DNA of 64,000 bases from contig DAYD01000023.1 of assembly GCA_002506755.1 (NCBI GenBank), positions 16,243-80,242 of the forward strand, given 5' to 3'. The notes beneath the pieces were generated by a model that was given only the letters and a program-made list of their open reading frames with translations, did no database searches and was not told where the DNA came from. Positions 39,409 through 49,464 of the stretch are shown here, in pieces (positions within the stretch are counted from its first letter, which is position 1; each line of letters starts with the position of its first letter). This DNA is from Euryarchaeota archaeon UBA462. Lineage in GTDB: Archaea; Thermoplasmatota; Poseidoniia; Poseidoniales; Thalassarchaeaceae. The position numbers and the translations under genes are program-made.

Positions 39409-40224
39409 TTACATCAGGCTTTCATGATGATCAGGAACAAAAGTCTGCTCCGACATAGGAGGCCTAACGTAGCCTTTAGCAATCTTCCTATCAGGAAGCT
39501 CTATTGGAGATGGCGTTAGATCCTCATATTCGATCATAGAAAGTAGGTGTTTGATGCAGTTCAAATGAGCATGCCTCTTTATGTCAGAATTAACTACAAA
39601 CCAAGGTGCCTGTTTTGTGTCAGTATGGGCGAACATGATATCCTTAGCTTCAGAGTACTCCTCCCATCTTGTCAGAGACTCAAGATCCATTGGGCTGAGC
39701 TTCCACCTCTTGTGCGGCTCCTCAAGCCTGGCTCTGAACCTCTTTAGCTGTTCATCGTCTGATACCGAAAACCAATACTTTATCAGAATAGTTCCAGATC
39801 TGAGTAACATTCTTTCAAACATCGGACAAGATCTCATGAATTCGTCATATTCCTCTTCATCGCAGAATCCCATTACCCTTTCTACGCCCGCTCTATTATA
39901 CCAGCTGCGATCAAACAGCACTACTTCACCTGCTGCAGGCAGGTGATTTACGTACCTCTGGAAGTACCACTCTGTCTTCTGGCGATCAGTAGGGGCGGGC
40001 AGCGCGGCTACCCTTACAACCCTAGGGTTGAGGTACTGTGTAATTCTTTTAATCACGCCCCCTTTTCCTGCCGCGTCTCTTCCTTCAAATATGACTACTA
40101 CCTTGAGTCCCTTTGCTTTGACCCATTCCTGGAGCTTAATTAGCTCCAGTTGAAGCCTGAAAAGCTCCTTACTGTACGGCTTCTTTCCTATTCTTTCGAT
40201 TTTTTCACTTCCGTCTCCGCTCAT
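39409..40224 (-). CDS. ppk2: Polyphosphate kinase 2
   Basis: FEGRDAAGKGG Walker A and FDRSWYNR lid motif. ATG at 40224; the track start at 40257 is a TTG. Confidence 0.85.
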   Translation of the reverse strand: MSGDGSEKIERIGKKPYSKELFRLQLELIKLQEWVKAKGLKVVVIFEGRDAAGKGGVIKRITQYLNPRVVRVAALPAPTDRQKTEWYFQRYVNHLPAAGEVVLFDRSWYNRAGVERVMGFCDEEEYDEFMRSCPMFERMLLRSGTILIKYWFSVSDDEQLKRFRARLEEPHKRWKLSPMDLESLTRWEEYSEAKDIMFAHTDTKQAPWFVVNSDIKRHAHLNCIKHLLSMIEYEDLTPSPIELPDRKIAKGYVRPPMSEQTFVPDHHESLM

Positions 40225-40295
40225 GGACAACCACCCTGGGATTGCCGACCTTGACAAAAGTGCTCTGGTCAGGTTAGCAAATATTGAATTTGATA

Positions 40296-40958
40296 TTAGA
40301 GGAAATAAACCAGATTTTCCAAAGATTCTAATTGGTCTTCAGACATAGTGACGCCACTAGCCAGAAGTACTCCAGAGGCTCCCAATTGTACAGCAACTTT
40401 CACGTCATCTCCAGTTTTGACTCCTGCCCCGCAAAGAACTCCAACACTAGAACACACTTCCTTTACGGCCTTTGCAGTACCACTAACAATTCCCGGGTCA
40501 GCACTGGTCACCGATATTTCCCCTCCGATTAGCTCAGGGGGTTCAACGGCGACAAAGGTTGGCTCTAGATCTGATAGAGCGCGTGCCTCCTCTATGTTTG
40601 CAGCGCATGCGCAAATGCTGAATCCTTCCGGAGTTTGTTCCAGAAGCATAGCCACATGCTCCAGACTAACCTTATGCTCGGCGTGGTTTATCAGAGTCCC
40701 AGAGGCTCCCCTTTCGATAGCAGTGAGGGGGTGGAGCCATCCAGTGTTGGAGCCGAATCCAACTGGATCTAGGTGCTGGCACCATACCTCCAGACCCGGA
40801 GCAGCTTCCACAACCGACTCTACATCAAACGCAGAGACTGCTGCTACCAATCTTGCCGTTGTCTCGATCCCAGCCATTTTCCTCGCCAAATCCTCCGCAG
40901 AGGCTCCTTGGGCGGTTTCGTATGTTTTGAAATTCACAACTACAAGGGATTCGCTCAC
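40296..40958 (-). CDS. tpiA: Triosephosphate isomerase, short archaeal type
   Basis: VVNFKTY, LINHAEH and GVLLASG motifs, 220 aa. GTG start at 40958. Confidence 0.8.
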   Translation of the reverse strand: MSESLVVVNFKTYETAQGASAEDLARKMAGIETTARLVAAVSAFDVESVVEAAPGLEVWCQHLDPVGFGSNTGWLHPLTAIERGASGTLINHAEHKVSLEHVAMLLEQTPEGFSICACAANIEEARALSDLEPTFVAVEPPELIGGEISVTSADPGIVSGTAKAVKEVCSSVGVLCGAGVKTGDDVKVAVQLGASGVLLASGVTMSEDQLESLENLVYFL

Positions 40959-41003
40959 GCCTTTCCGAGCGTATTGGACTCTTTGACAGTGACGGGGGAT
41001 TGC

Positions 41004-41954
41004 CTATCCATGGTTTATGATTTCCCCAACTAAAGTGGTCTCGCTAGGAATTCTTACTCCAGCGCCGATCAAGCATCCATCTAGGCTACAATTAGATCCA
41101 ATTTCCGAGCCTTCCAAGATAACCGAATTCCGTATAGTTGTACCCTCTCCGATAGTGACTCCCGGTCCCATCGAGCTCGCATAGACTTTACCAGAATTCT
41201 TGGCATCCATGCCGAACCAAGAGTCATTTTCCACGAATCCACTGGAGAATTTGCCCACAGATATGCACACCTGGGTCGCCTCGACGAAAGATTCAGGAGT
41301 ACCAGCATCAACAAACCATCCCTCGAAGGGATACCCATTTAGCCCTCCTGACGCAGAAAGCGTTTCGTATACATCTCTTTCTAAGCTGTGGGGGCTATCT
41401 GGCATCAGCTTGAAAATCTCAGGCTCCAAAATGTATGTGCCCGCGTTAATTAGATTGGAATAGGCTTCCTCGATTGGCGGCTTCTCTTGAAATCTCATAA
41501 TCTTACCAGTTCTTTGTATGTAATCCGCAACGCCAAATCGAGAGGGGTCCTCTACCTCCCATAGGGAGATTGTTGCAATCCCGCCCTTGGCTTTGTGGAA
41601 TTCCATCATATCTTCAACCCTGAGACTAGTTATCAGGTCTCCATTGATTACGCAGAATGGACCACCTGAAAGATAATCTTTGCAATTCGCTATTGCTCCC
41701 CCGGTGCCTAGTGGTTCCTTCTCTTCGACAATCACCACTTCATAGGGGAGCGGTACATTTTGGAAATGATCTCGCATCTTTTCAATCCCATATCCAGCTG
41801 CTATAAGCAGCCGGTCAACTCGACTCTCAGGCAATACATCAACAACATGCTCGATCATCGTCTTGTCGAGGATTGGCAACAGTGGTTTGGGGATTTTTTC
41901 TGTCCAAGGCCTTAGTCTCGTCCCAAAACCCCCTGCAAGAACAATCACATCCAT
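41004..41954 (-). CDS. Sugar-1-phosphate nucleotidylyltransferase with C-terminal left-handed beta-helix
   Basis: VLAGGFGTRLRPWT signature and C-terminal hexapeptide-like repeats. ATG at 41954, with other in-frame ATGs at 41960 and 41972. Confidence 0.75.
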   Translation of the reverse strand: MDVIVLAGGFGTRLRPWTEKIPKPLLPILDKTMIEHVVDVLPESRVDRLLIAAGYGIEKMRDHFQNVPLPYEVVIVEEKEPLGTGGAIANCKDYLSGGPFCVINGDLITSLRVEDMMEFHKAKGGIATISLWEVEDPSRFGVADYIQRTGKIMRFQEKPPIEEAYSNLINAGTYILEPEIFKLMPDSPHSLERDVYETLSASGGLNGYPFEGWFVDAGTPESFVEATQVCISVGKFSSGFVENDSWFGMDAKNSGKVYASSMGPGVTIGEGTTIRNSVILEGSEIGSNCSLDGCLIGAGVRIPSETTLVGEIINHG

Positions 41955-42052
41955 GGCCATGCCATAGCACATAGCATTTCATGACTTCGTGACTCTTTTG
42001 ATGAAAACCTCCAGCCGCATCGTTCAAGGGCATATCTCTAGTCGCAAGCGAT

Positions 42053-43264
42053 ATGAACATTCATGAATATCAGGCCAAGGCAATTTTTAGGGAATCTGGG
42101 GTCCCTGTTCAGGAAGGATTGCACTGCACATCAGTCCAACAGGCTCTATCCGCCTACGACTCTTTAGGTTCGAAAGTCGTGGCAGTCAAGAGTCAAATTC
42201 ACGCTGGAGGAAGAGGGAAGGGTAAGCTACTTTCACCCAAATCTGGGAATCTAGTTATGGAAGGGGGGGTCAAGGTCGCATTTTCCCGAGATGAGGTCGA
42301 AGAATACTCTTCCAAAATCTTAGGCAACAATCTTGTCACGAAACAAACAGGACCTTCAGGCAAGATTGTTAACAATCTGTATATCGAATCCGGATGCGAA
42401 ATAGCTCACGAATACTACCTTGCCCTTCTGGTAGATAGGGAAAGCGACTCGCTTCTAATCATGGGGTCTACGGAAGGTGGAGTAGACATTGAGGAAGTGG
42501 CTGAGACCAATCCTAAGGCGATTCACAAACAACGATTTTACCCATCTGAAGGGTTGGGTATCGACAAAGCTTCTTCCATGGCAATATCATTAGGATTATC
42601 GGGGAAATCTCACGATCTTTTCGTAGAAATGGCTCTCAACCTATCCTCTTTATTCATAGAAAGAGATTGTTCAATGATAGAAATAAATCCGCTTGTTAGA
42701 TCCTCAGATGATAGAATAATTGCCTTAGATGCTAAGGTTAGCTTTGATGAAAGTGCTACATTTAGACATCCATGGAGGGATGAACTCAGGGATATCTCAG
42801 AGGAATCGGAGGTCGAAGTCAGAGCTAACGAGTTTGGCTTATCGTACGTTGATTTGGATGGCAATATTGGTTGCCTAGTAAACGGAGCTGGATTAGCAAT
42901 GGCAACAATGGACGTCATCAAAATGTATGGTGGGGAACCTGCCAATTTCTTAGATATCGGAGGAGGAGCAAATAGCGAATCAATCACGGCAGCCTTTGAA
43001 ATAATCATTGAAGATCCTAACATTGAGGGCATTCTTGTGAATATATTTGGCGGGATAATTAGGTGCGACATGGTCGCCAGAAGCATTATTGAGGCATCAA
43101 ATCAAACTGGTTTGAAAGTCCCTCTAGTTGTCAGGTTTTCCGGAACCAATCACAAAGAAGGAAGAAAGGTACTGGAAGAGAGCGAATTGAATGTTGTAAC
43201 CGTGGGGACATTAGGTGATGCAGGCGAAGCGATAGTTAGTGCGCTAGGGGGTAGTGAAGAATGA
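42053..43264 (+). CDS. sucC: Succinyl-CoA synthetase beta subunit
   Basis: [22 protein letters not shown]-grasp N-terminus. Confidence 0.9.
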   Translation: MNIHEYQAKAIFRESGVPVQEGLHCTSVQQALSAYDSLGSKVVAVKSQIHAGGRGKGKLLSPKSGNLVMEGGVKVAFSRDEVEEYSSKILGNNLVTKQTGPSGKIVNNLYIESGCEIAHEYYLALLVDRESDSLLIMGSTEGGVDIEEVAETNPKAIHKQRFYPSEGLGIDKASSMAISLGLSGKSHDLFVEMALNLSSLFIERDCSMIEINPLVRSSDDRIIALDAKVSFDESATFRHPWRDELRDISEESEVEVRANEFGLSYVDLDGNIGCLVNGAGLAMATMDVIKMYGGEPANFLDIGGGANSESITAAFEIIIEDPNIEGILVNIFGGIIRCDMVARSIIEASNQTGLKVPLVVRFSGTNHKEGRKVLEESELNVVTVGTLGDAGEAIVSALGGSEE

Positions 43265-44190
43265 GTATCTGGATAAACGAGGGCACAAAAGTTGTTGTAC
43301 AGGGAATTACTGGAAGTCAAGGCACATTCCATGCCATTAGGATGGCAGAATATGGTACAGATATAGTCGGAGGAGTAACGCCGGGGAAGGGTGGTCAGGA
43401 AATCGAGCTTCCGGGGAGGGTTGTTCCAGTTTTCAACGAAATGTCTGAAGCAATTACTACGACCGGCGCAGTTGCAAGTGTGATTTATGTTCCAGCCAGA
43501 TTCGCAGCTCCAGCCATAACTGAGGCTGCAGACGCATTTCACGAGTTGAATGGTGAGGGGTTGGTAATATGCATAACTGAGGGAATACCAACCCTTGACA
43601 TGGTGAGAGTAATTTCTCACTTGGAGAAAACACCTGGTGTTAGGCTGATAGGGCCAAATTGCCCGGGGATCATAACACCAGGAGATAATGGAGGGTGCAA
43701 GATTGGAATCATGCCGGGGCACATACACGCCAAGGGCAGGATAGGAATCATATCAAAATCTGGCACTTTGACCTATGAGGCCGTTGCTCAAACGATGAGT
43801 GTTGGAGAGGGTCAGACAACTTGCGTAGGAATAGGGGGGGATCCGGTCAATGGTACTGGCTTCATTGAGTGCTTGGAGGCCTTTGAAAAAGACTCAGAAA
43901 CCCAAGCCGTAGTTATGATTGGTGAGATAGGGGGAAATGCTGAGCAAGATGCAGCCGAATGGGCTAAGGACAACTTTTCAAAACCCATAGTTGGATTTGT
44001 AGCAGGAGCAACAGCGCCCCCTGGCAAGCGGATGGGTCATGCAGGTGCAATAATATCTGGGGGCAAGGGAACTGCAGAAGAGAAGTTCGCCGCTTTCGAA
44101 GATGCCGGCATATACATCGCTAGAGATCCATCAAAGATAGGAGAGGCATTAGTCACCGCTCTGGTGGATGCGGGACTACGAGACTCTTAG
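43261..44190 (+). CDS. sucD: Succinyl-CoA synthetase alpha subunit
   Basis: [19 protein letters not shown] and MGHAGAII (phosphohistidine). ATGA overlap with sucC. Confidence 0.9.
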   Translation: MSIWINEGTKVVVQGITGSQGTFHAIRMAEYGTDIVGGVTPGKGGQEIELPGRVVPVFNEMSEAITTTGAVASVIYVPARFAAPAITEAADAFHELNGEGLVICITEGIPTLDMVRVISHLEKTPGVRLIGPNCPGIITPGDNGGCKIGIMPGHIHAKGRIGIISKSGTLTYEAVAQTMSVGEGQTTCVGIGGDPVNGTGFIECLEAFEKDSETQAVVMIGEIGGNAEQDAAEWAKDNFSKPIVGFVAGATAPPGKRMGHAGAIISGGKGTAEEKFAAFEDAGIYIARDPSKIGEALVTALVDAGLRDS

Positions 44191-44224
44191 GACTAAATAC
44201 ACCTAGGAACGACCGAGGCTAAAG

Positions 44225-45223
44225 ATGGCTGGAATTTTTAACTCCAAACTAGACTCGATTCTAGAAGGCACCTCCCGATCTTTTTATTTGTCACTTAAGG
44301 AGCTTCCAAGGCCTATTCGAAGGCAAGTCAGCCTCCTCTATCTAATGGCTAGAACATCAGACACGATTGCTGACTCTGAATCAAGCACTCTAGACGATCG
44401 TCTCCAATTGCTCAGAGAATACGGCGGTTTCTGCCAGGGATCTATAGACGAGGGCCCAGATCTTTCTAATTTCGCCGACCTTCAGTCCAACCAATCAGAA
44501 GCCAGGCTCCTAAATAATGCAGACGAGATCATATCAAAGATTGTAGAATTTGAAGATAGAGACAAAGATAGTATTAGGAGATGTCTGGGGATAATAATTA
44601 GCGGGCAAATTTTAGACTTAGAGAGATTCTCAAACACCTCTGGGAAGATAACATCATTATCAGAAGAATCGGAGTTAGATGACTATGCCTACAGGGTAGC
44701 TGGAAGTGTTGGAGAGTTTTGGACTAGGATGTCTATCGACCACTTATTCGAAACAGATAAAGAAACGGAGGAAAAATTGTTTGAATGTGGAGTAAAATTT
44801 GGAAAGGCCCTCCAAATGATAAACATACTGCGAGACATCCCCTCCGATCTATCCATCGGAAGGTGTTACATTCCAGAAAATTCCCTAGAGGGGCACGGAC
44901 TTATTCCAGAGGACTTGCTTAAACCCAGTAACATGGATAAATTTAGACCCCTGTACGATGAATTACTTGATTTGACCACATCCCATCTAGATTCAGCGGT
45001 CCAATATATCGGATTGATCCCTCATGGGCAATTCAGACTAAGAGGGGCGTGCATGCTTCCGGTCATAATCGGAAGGAAGACCGTTTCCAAACTTAGGGAG
45101 GGAAACGTACTTGATCCAAAAAACAGGATAAAAATCGATCGTTCGGAGGTCCGAGGCCTAGTTAGGAAGATTGTGATGTCCGTTCCTTTCCAGAAAACTA
45201 GCAATAGTTTGTTAAATGGTTAA
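44225..45223 (+). CDS. Squalene/phytoene synthase family protein, paralog 1
   Basis: SFYLSLKELPRPIRRQVSLLYLMARTSDTIAD (DxxxD) and NILRDIPSDLSIGRCYIP (second Asp-rich motif). Confidence 0.75.
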   Translation: MAGIFNSKLDSILEGTSRSFYLSLKELPRPIRRQVSLLYLMARTSDTIADSESSTLDDRLQLLREYGGFCQGSIDEGPDLSNFADLQSNQSEARLLNNADEIISKIVEFEDRDKDSIRRCLGIIISGQILDLERFSNTSGKITSLSEESELDDYAYRVAGSVGEFWTRMSIDHLFETDKETEEKLFECGVKFGKALQMINILRDIPSDLSIGRCYIPENSLEGHGLIPEDLLKPSNMDKFRPLYDELLDLTTSHLDSAVQYIGLIPHGQFRLRGACMLPVIIGRKTVSKLREGNVLDPKNRIKIDRSEVRGLVRKIVMSVPFQKTSNSLLNG

Positions 45224-45299
45224 TTGAATAAGTTCTCTGCCATTTATTCAAACTCGACTCAATTAAGGCTCGCTTTCGGGAGACCTTCAAGTGGTCCAC

Positions 45300-46574
45300 A
45301 TGGGCGCCCTTGCAAGGAAGGTAATGGTTCAGGACGAAGATTTGAGGTCTGGAAGCCTATCGGAATCACCGATAGCACAGAACATTCCAGAACAATCAAT
45401 TGAGACTGAAGACGAATCAATTGACCTGATTAGATCTGCCGTTGGTGTCACCAAAGAAGCTGCTAGAGCTATCAGCATAACCGCCTTGGAGGCAGTTCGA
45501 GAAGGAGCCCTATTCATGGGCGTGATCGGCTCTCGAGGTGAGCTATTAGATCCATTCAAGCATATAGATGCGGCAATTTGGACAGAACCAGAGATCCCAG
45601 AGCATATGATCGAAGCTTCGTATGAATTCTGTGAAGAATTAACCAGAAGGGAAGCAGGTAACTTTTACCATTCATTCAAGTATCTTCCTGATGATAAGAG
45701 AAGATCAATAATGGCCTACTACGCATTCTGTAGAAGGGCAGACGACATCGCAGATGGTGATTTCGTAGATGTCTTCCCGGGTGGCTCTGCTGATGATCCT
45801 GAGTCTTTGGCATATAGGAAAAGCATCGAGAGGTTAAGTCCCGGAGGTCCAGTTCTTGACAGGTCAGCGTATAACGAGAAAATGTCACAACTTTTCTATT
45901 ACAGAAAGAAGCTTTCAACAGCTTATGGGAATATGACCTCGACCGACCCAATATTCATCGCTCTCAAGGACACGGTCAGGAGACACGGCATTCAGAGACA
46001 ATTGTTAGACGATATGATTAGCGGAATGGAAAACGATTTCCATAAGAACAGGTACGAAACATTTGAGGAATTATATTCTTACTGCTACAGAGTAGCATCG
46101 ACTGTGGGACTTGTTTGCATAGAAATCTATGGTTATGATGACCCAAGGGCCAAGGAATACGCCGAGTCATGGGGTGTTTTCATGCAACTGATAAATATAA
46201 TCAGGGACGTCTCGGAAGACGCTGAAAGGGATAGGATATACCTTCCTCTTGAGGATTTGGCGAGGTGGGGGATTTCAGAGGAAGACGTGAAGAATGGTGG
46301 AGATCTGTTAAATCATCCAGGTTGGGCACCATTCGTTGAAGAGTATTTGGAGAGGGCAGACGGGTACAGGCAAAGAGCGTTCAAACTACTTTCACATCTT
46401 GATAAATCTGCTCGATACTCACCTGCAGCTATGGCCTCATTTTATCAGTCAATAATGACCAAGATCACCAAGAGGAAGGGAGACGTATTCACAGAAAGGA
46501 TACAACTTACCAAGACTGAAAAAATTCTTTTGGCGGCCTATGTTTACGTGAGGTACCGTTTCTTTGGTTTCTGA
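45300..46574 (+). CDS. Squalene/phytoene synthase family protein, paralog 2 (CrtB/HpnD-like) with an N-terminal extension of about 110 aa
   Basis: NFYHSFKYLPDDKRRSIMAYYAFCRRADDIADG and NIIRDVSEDAERDRIYLPLEDL. ATG at 45300; the track start at 45291 is a GTG. Confidence 0.8.
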   Translation: MGALARKVMVQDEDLRSGSLSESPIAQNIPEQSIETEDESIDLIRSAVGVTKEAARAISITALEAVREGALFMGVIGSRGELLDPFKHIDAAIWTEPEIPEHMIEASYEFCEELTRREAGNFYHSFKYLPDDKRRSIMAYYAFCRRADDIADGDFVDVFPGGSADDPESLAYRKSIERLSPGGPVLDRSAYNEKMSQLFYYRKKLSTAYGNMTSTDPIFIALKDTVRRHGIQRQLLDDMISGMENDFHKNRYETFEELYSYCYRVASTVGLVCIEIYGYDDPRAKEYAESWGVFMQLINIIRDVSEDAERDRIYLPLEDLARWGISEEDVKNGGDLLNHPGWAPFVEEYLERADGYRQRAFKLLSHLDKSARYSPAAMASFYQSIMTKITKRKGDVFTERIQLTKTEKILLAAYVYVRYRFFGF

Positions 46575-46618
46575 GATAGAAGCTATTGTACAAACAAGAG
46601 TTGCAATGAGGGATAAGG

Positions 46619-48388
46619 ATGAGGGTTGCCGTATTAATTGAGGAGCTTTGTAAGCCAAATAGCAATGCTTTCGCTTACCTGCAGAAATACTCTGCTATGT
46701 GTGAAAGAGAGTGTATTCAGTTTGAAGGGGACAAATGTAAGATCCTTGAGTCTGCATGCCCCGTATGCCTAACTAGGGCCAAGCACTGCCCAGATGGGGC
46801 TGTAAAAATCATCAATCTCCCTGAGGAGCTCGACACAGACCTAACTCACAGCTACGGACAGAATGCATTCAGGCTATTTCGCCTACCTTCTCCTAGACAG
46901 GAACAAATAGTTGGCATTCTAGGACCTAATGGAATTGGTAAATCAACCGCGCTCAATCTACTTTCTGGCTCTTTCAGGCCGAATTTAGGAGAATGGGAAA
47001 ACCCATCACCGGAATGGGAAAACGTAATTTCTACATTCCCCCGAGGTGAATTAAGAGACTACCTGGGACTAGTTGCCCAGGGAGATATTAGAATTGCCGT
47101 AAAACCTCAGTATATCGACAAACTCCCCAAAATTTTCGATGGTAGGGTGTCAGACCTACTAGAAAAGGTGGACGATCGAGGAGAGATGGAGGAATATTCT
47201 GAGCTATTGGGGATATCGCACATCATAGGAAGAAATATGTCAGCACTCTCGGGTGGGGAATTGCAGAGGGTAGCAATCTGTGCCACACTTCTAAAGCAGG
47301 CTGATGTTTACTTCTTCGATGAACCCTCCTCTTATCTTGATATTTATGAGAGAATGAGGATGGTAGGTGTAATCCGAGAATTATCCGATAAGGGTAAGCG
47401 GGTATTAGTTGTGGAACATGATCTAGCAATATTGGATGTATTGTGTGATTTAATTCACGTCATATATGGAGAAAGGTCGGCCTACGGAATTTTCACACCC
47501 CCCAGATCTACAAGAACAGCCATAAACGCATACCTCGATGGATTTCTTCCCGAGGAGAACATGAGAATTAGGGATAAGCCAATTCAGTTCCTTAGAGGTC
47601 GAAATAGGGGTGAGGAGGTAGGAACTCCTATCTTGAAATGGGGTGGAATTGAGAAGAGACTTGGAGATTTTACGCTCAAAACCGGGGAGGGTGAGGTCAA
47701 ATCCGCTGAAGTTGTGGGAGTTGTGGGGCCAAACGCCACAGGAAAAACTACCCTTGTCAAAATAATTGCTGGAGAAATCGATCCTGATGAGGGTTGGTGC
47801 ACCATGGATGCAAAAGTTTCTTACAAACCTCAGCATGTTAGCTCAGACTTTGATGGAACAGTCCAAGAGTTATTGGACTCTGAACTGGCTGGTAAATGGA
47901 GGTCAGGCGAGTTTCATACTCAGGTAACTAGAGCTTTGCAGGTAGACAAGATGTTGGAGCTGCGAGTGAAAAAGCTCTCAGGGGGAGAGCTTCAGGCAGT
48001 GTGCATCCTCATTTGTCTTGGAAAAGAAGCAGATCTCTACCTATTCGATGAACCTAGTGCTCACTTAGATGCGAATGCAAGAATGGAGGCAGCTAAGGCA
48101 ATTAGAAGGACTATGGAGAGTAATGAGAAGGCAGCAATGGTAATTGATCACGACACATACTTTTTGGACATAGTTAGCGACTCTATCTTAGCCTTTCAAG
48201 GAAATGGAGGAAGCAATGGAATGGCCGTGGGACCTCTTTCCTTGAGGAAGGGTATGAACCTATTTCTTTCTGACGCCAATGTAACATTCCGGAGGGACGT
48301 AGAGTCACACCGTCCTAGGATTAACAAACCCCATAGCAGGAAGGACCGAGAGCAGAAATCATCCGGGGAATACTTCTATTCTGACTAA
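46619..48388 (+). CDS. ABCE1/RLI ribosome-recycling ABC ATPase
   Basis: N-terminal Cys-rich domain followed by two ABC cassettes (GPNGIGKST, LSGGELQR; GPNATGKTT, LSGGELQA). Confidence 0.9.
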   Translation: MRVAVLIEELCKPNSNAFAYLQKYSAMCERECIQFEGDKCKILESACPVCLTRAKHCPDGAVKIINLPEELDTDLTHSYGQNAFRLFRLPSPRQEQIVGILGPNGIGKSTALNLLSGSFRPNLGEWENPSPEWENVISTFPRGELRDYLGLVAQGDIRIAVKPQYIDKLPKIFDGRVSDLLEKVDDRGEMEEYSELLGISHIIGRNMSALSGGELQRVAICATLLKQADVYFFDEPSSYLDIYERMRMVGVIRELSDKGKRVLVVEHDLAILDVLCDLIHVIYGERSAYGIFTPPRSTRTAINAYLDGFLPEENMRIRDKPIQFLRGRNRGEEVGTPILKWGGIEKRLGDFTLKTGEGEVKSAEVVGVVGPNATGKTTLVKIIAGEIDPDEGWCTMDAKVSYKPQHVSSDFDGTVQELLDSELAGKWRSGEFHTQVTRALQVDKMLELRVKKLSGGELQAVCILICLGKEADLYLFDEPSAHLDANARMEAAKAIRRTMESNEKAAMVIDHDTYFLDIVSDSILAFQGNGGSNGMAVGPLSLRKGMNLFLSDANVTFRRDVESHRPRINKPHSRKDREQKSSGEYFYSD

Positions 48389-48424
48389 ACCAACCATTGG
48401 ATTCTTGAGGGACCGGTGCAACCC

Positions 48425-48931
48425 ATGGATGTGGCAGATGAGCATTCTGAGGATTCAGAAGTCGAATCAATAAAAGATGATAATACCATTCAGCAAAGAA
48501 TAGAAGAATTGGAGAAGGAACTTCAGTATTCCAAGGCAGAGACCGCAAATGCCATGCAAAGGGCTGCTAGGGATAAATCAGAGGCTCTGAGATACGGCGG
48601 CTCCTCTTTGGCGAGAAGGGTAATCAACTCAGTTGAATTACTAAGCAAGGCGATACATGCTTCGGAAGGAGAAGACGGTGCAGAGTCAGTAATTGAGGGT
48701 GTAAGGCTAACTCTAGATGGCCTCAAATCATCACTAGAAGCAGAAGGAATAATAGAGATTGAAGCTCTTAAATCCCCATTTGACCCAACATGTATGGAGG
48801 CGATTGCAACTGTTGCTTGTCCCGAAGGTGAAGAACCTGGAAATGTAATTCAAGTTGTGGAACGAGGATATCGGATGCACGATAGAATACTCAGAGCTGC
48901 TAGGGTAATAGTTGCCGAAGGTGACTCATGA
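48425..48931 (+). CDS. grpE: Nucleotide exchange factor GrpE
   Basis: Coiled N-terminus and C-terminal FDPTCMEAIA...GYRMHDRILRAARVIV. ATG at 48425. Confidence 0.8.
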   Translation: MDVADEHSEDSEVESIKDDNTIQQRIEELEKELQYSKAETANAMQRAARDKSEALRYGGSSLARRVINSVELLSKAIHASEGEDGAESVIEGVRLTLDGLKSSLEAEGIIEIEALKSPFDPTCMEAIATVACPEGEEPGNVIQVVERGYRMHDRILRAARVIVAEGDS

Positions 48932-49425
48932 AAGATGCAAAAAAGAAACCTATCTTTGCCTTAGGAGCGCTCGTGATTTATCTTATGTCAATAATCACGA
49001 TACAGATAGCTTGGCCTGACCCAGAAATTAGTAATTTTCCAAAGAGTTGCCCGGAGGAATCACTTAACTGCTCAATGATTGGGCCCAATTCACACAGAAG
49101 CGGAGGTTTGAACGAGCTAAGGTTCAACTCTAGCCTAGAGACAACTATGTCCGAAACTAATAATTGGATAGAGAATCATCCAAGAACCAAAGTAATTAGT
49201 GAAGCCGACAATCAGACCCATGCGGTTTTCACAACTATGCTTCTAAGGTTCAACGATGACTTCTTAGTTTCAGGATTCTGTGAGGATGGTCAAACTGTAA
49301 TACATGTCTACTCTTCTTCAAGACAGGGAATATCTGACTTAGGATTAAACAAGGAAAGAGTGATTAGCTTTGCCGAACACATGTTATCAATCGAAATGGC
49401 TACATCGGAATGCACAGTAGCATGA
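48928..49425 (+). CDS. Membrane-anchored protein, DUF1499-like
   Basis: ATGA overlap with the grpE stop. One N-terminal TM helix. RFNDDFLV...SSSRQGISDLGLNKERV resembles the DUF1499 block; that family assignment is from memory. Confidence 0.45.
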   Translation: MKDAKKKPIFALGALVIYLMSIITIQIAWPDPEISNFPKSCPEESLNCSMIGPNSHRSGGLNELRFNSSLETTMSETNNWIENHPRTKVISEADNQTHAVFTTMLLRFNDDFLVSGFCEDGQTVIHVYSSSRQGISDLGLNKERVISFAEHMLSIEMATSECTVA

Positions 49426-49464
49426 ACGGGGCTAACCTTGTACGACTTAATCGATTCAGATATC

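Noticed and set aside
40348-40986. 212-aa ORF on the plus strand spanning the whole tpiA locus
   Set aside because: It is fully antisense to a gene with clear TIM motifs. Its translation is low-complexity and Ser/Thr/Ala/Pro-rich, typical of a shadow frame.
43150-43728. 192-aa minus-strand ORF across the sucC/sucD junction
   Set aside because: It is a shadow ORF opposite two strongly supported genes.
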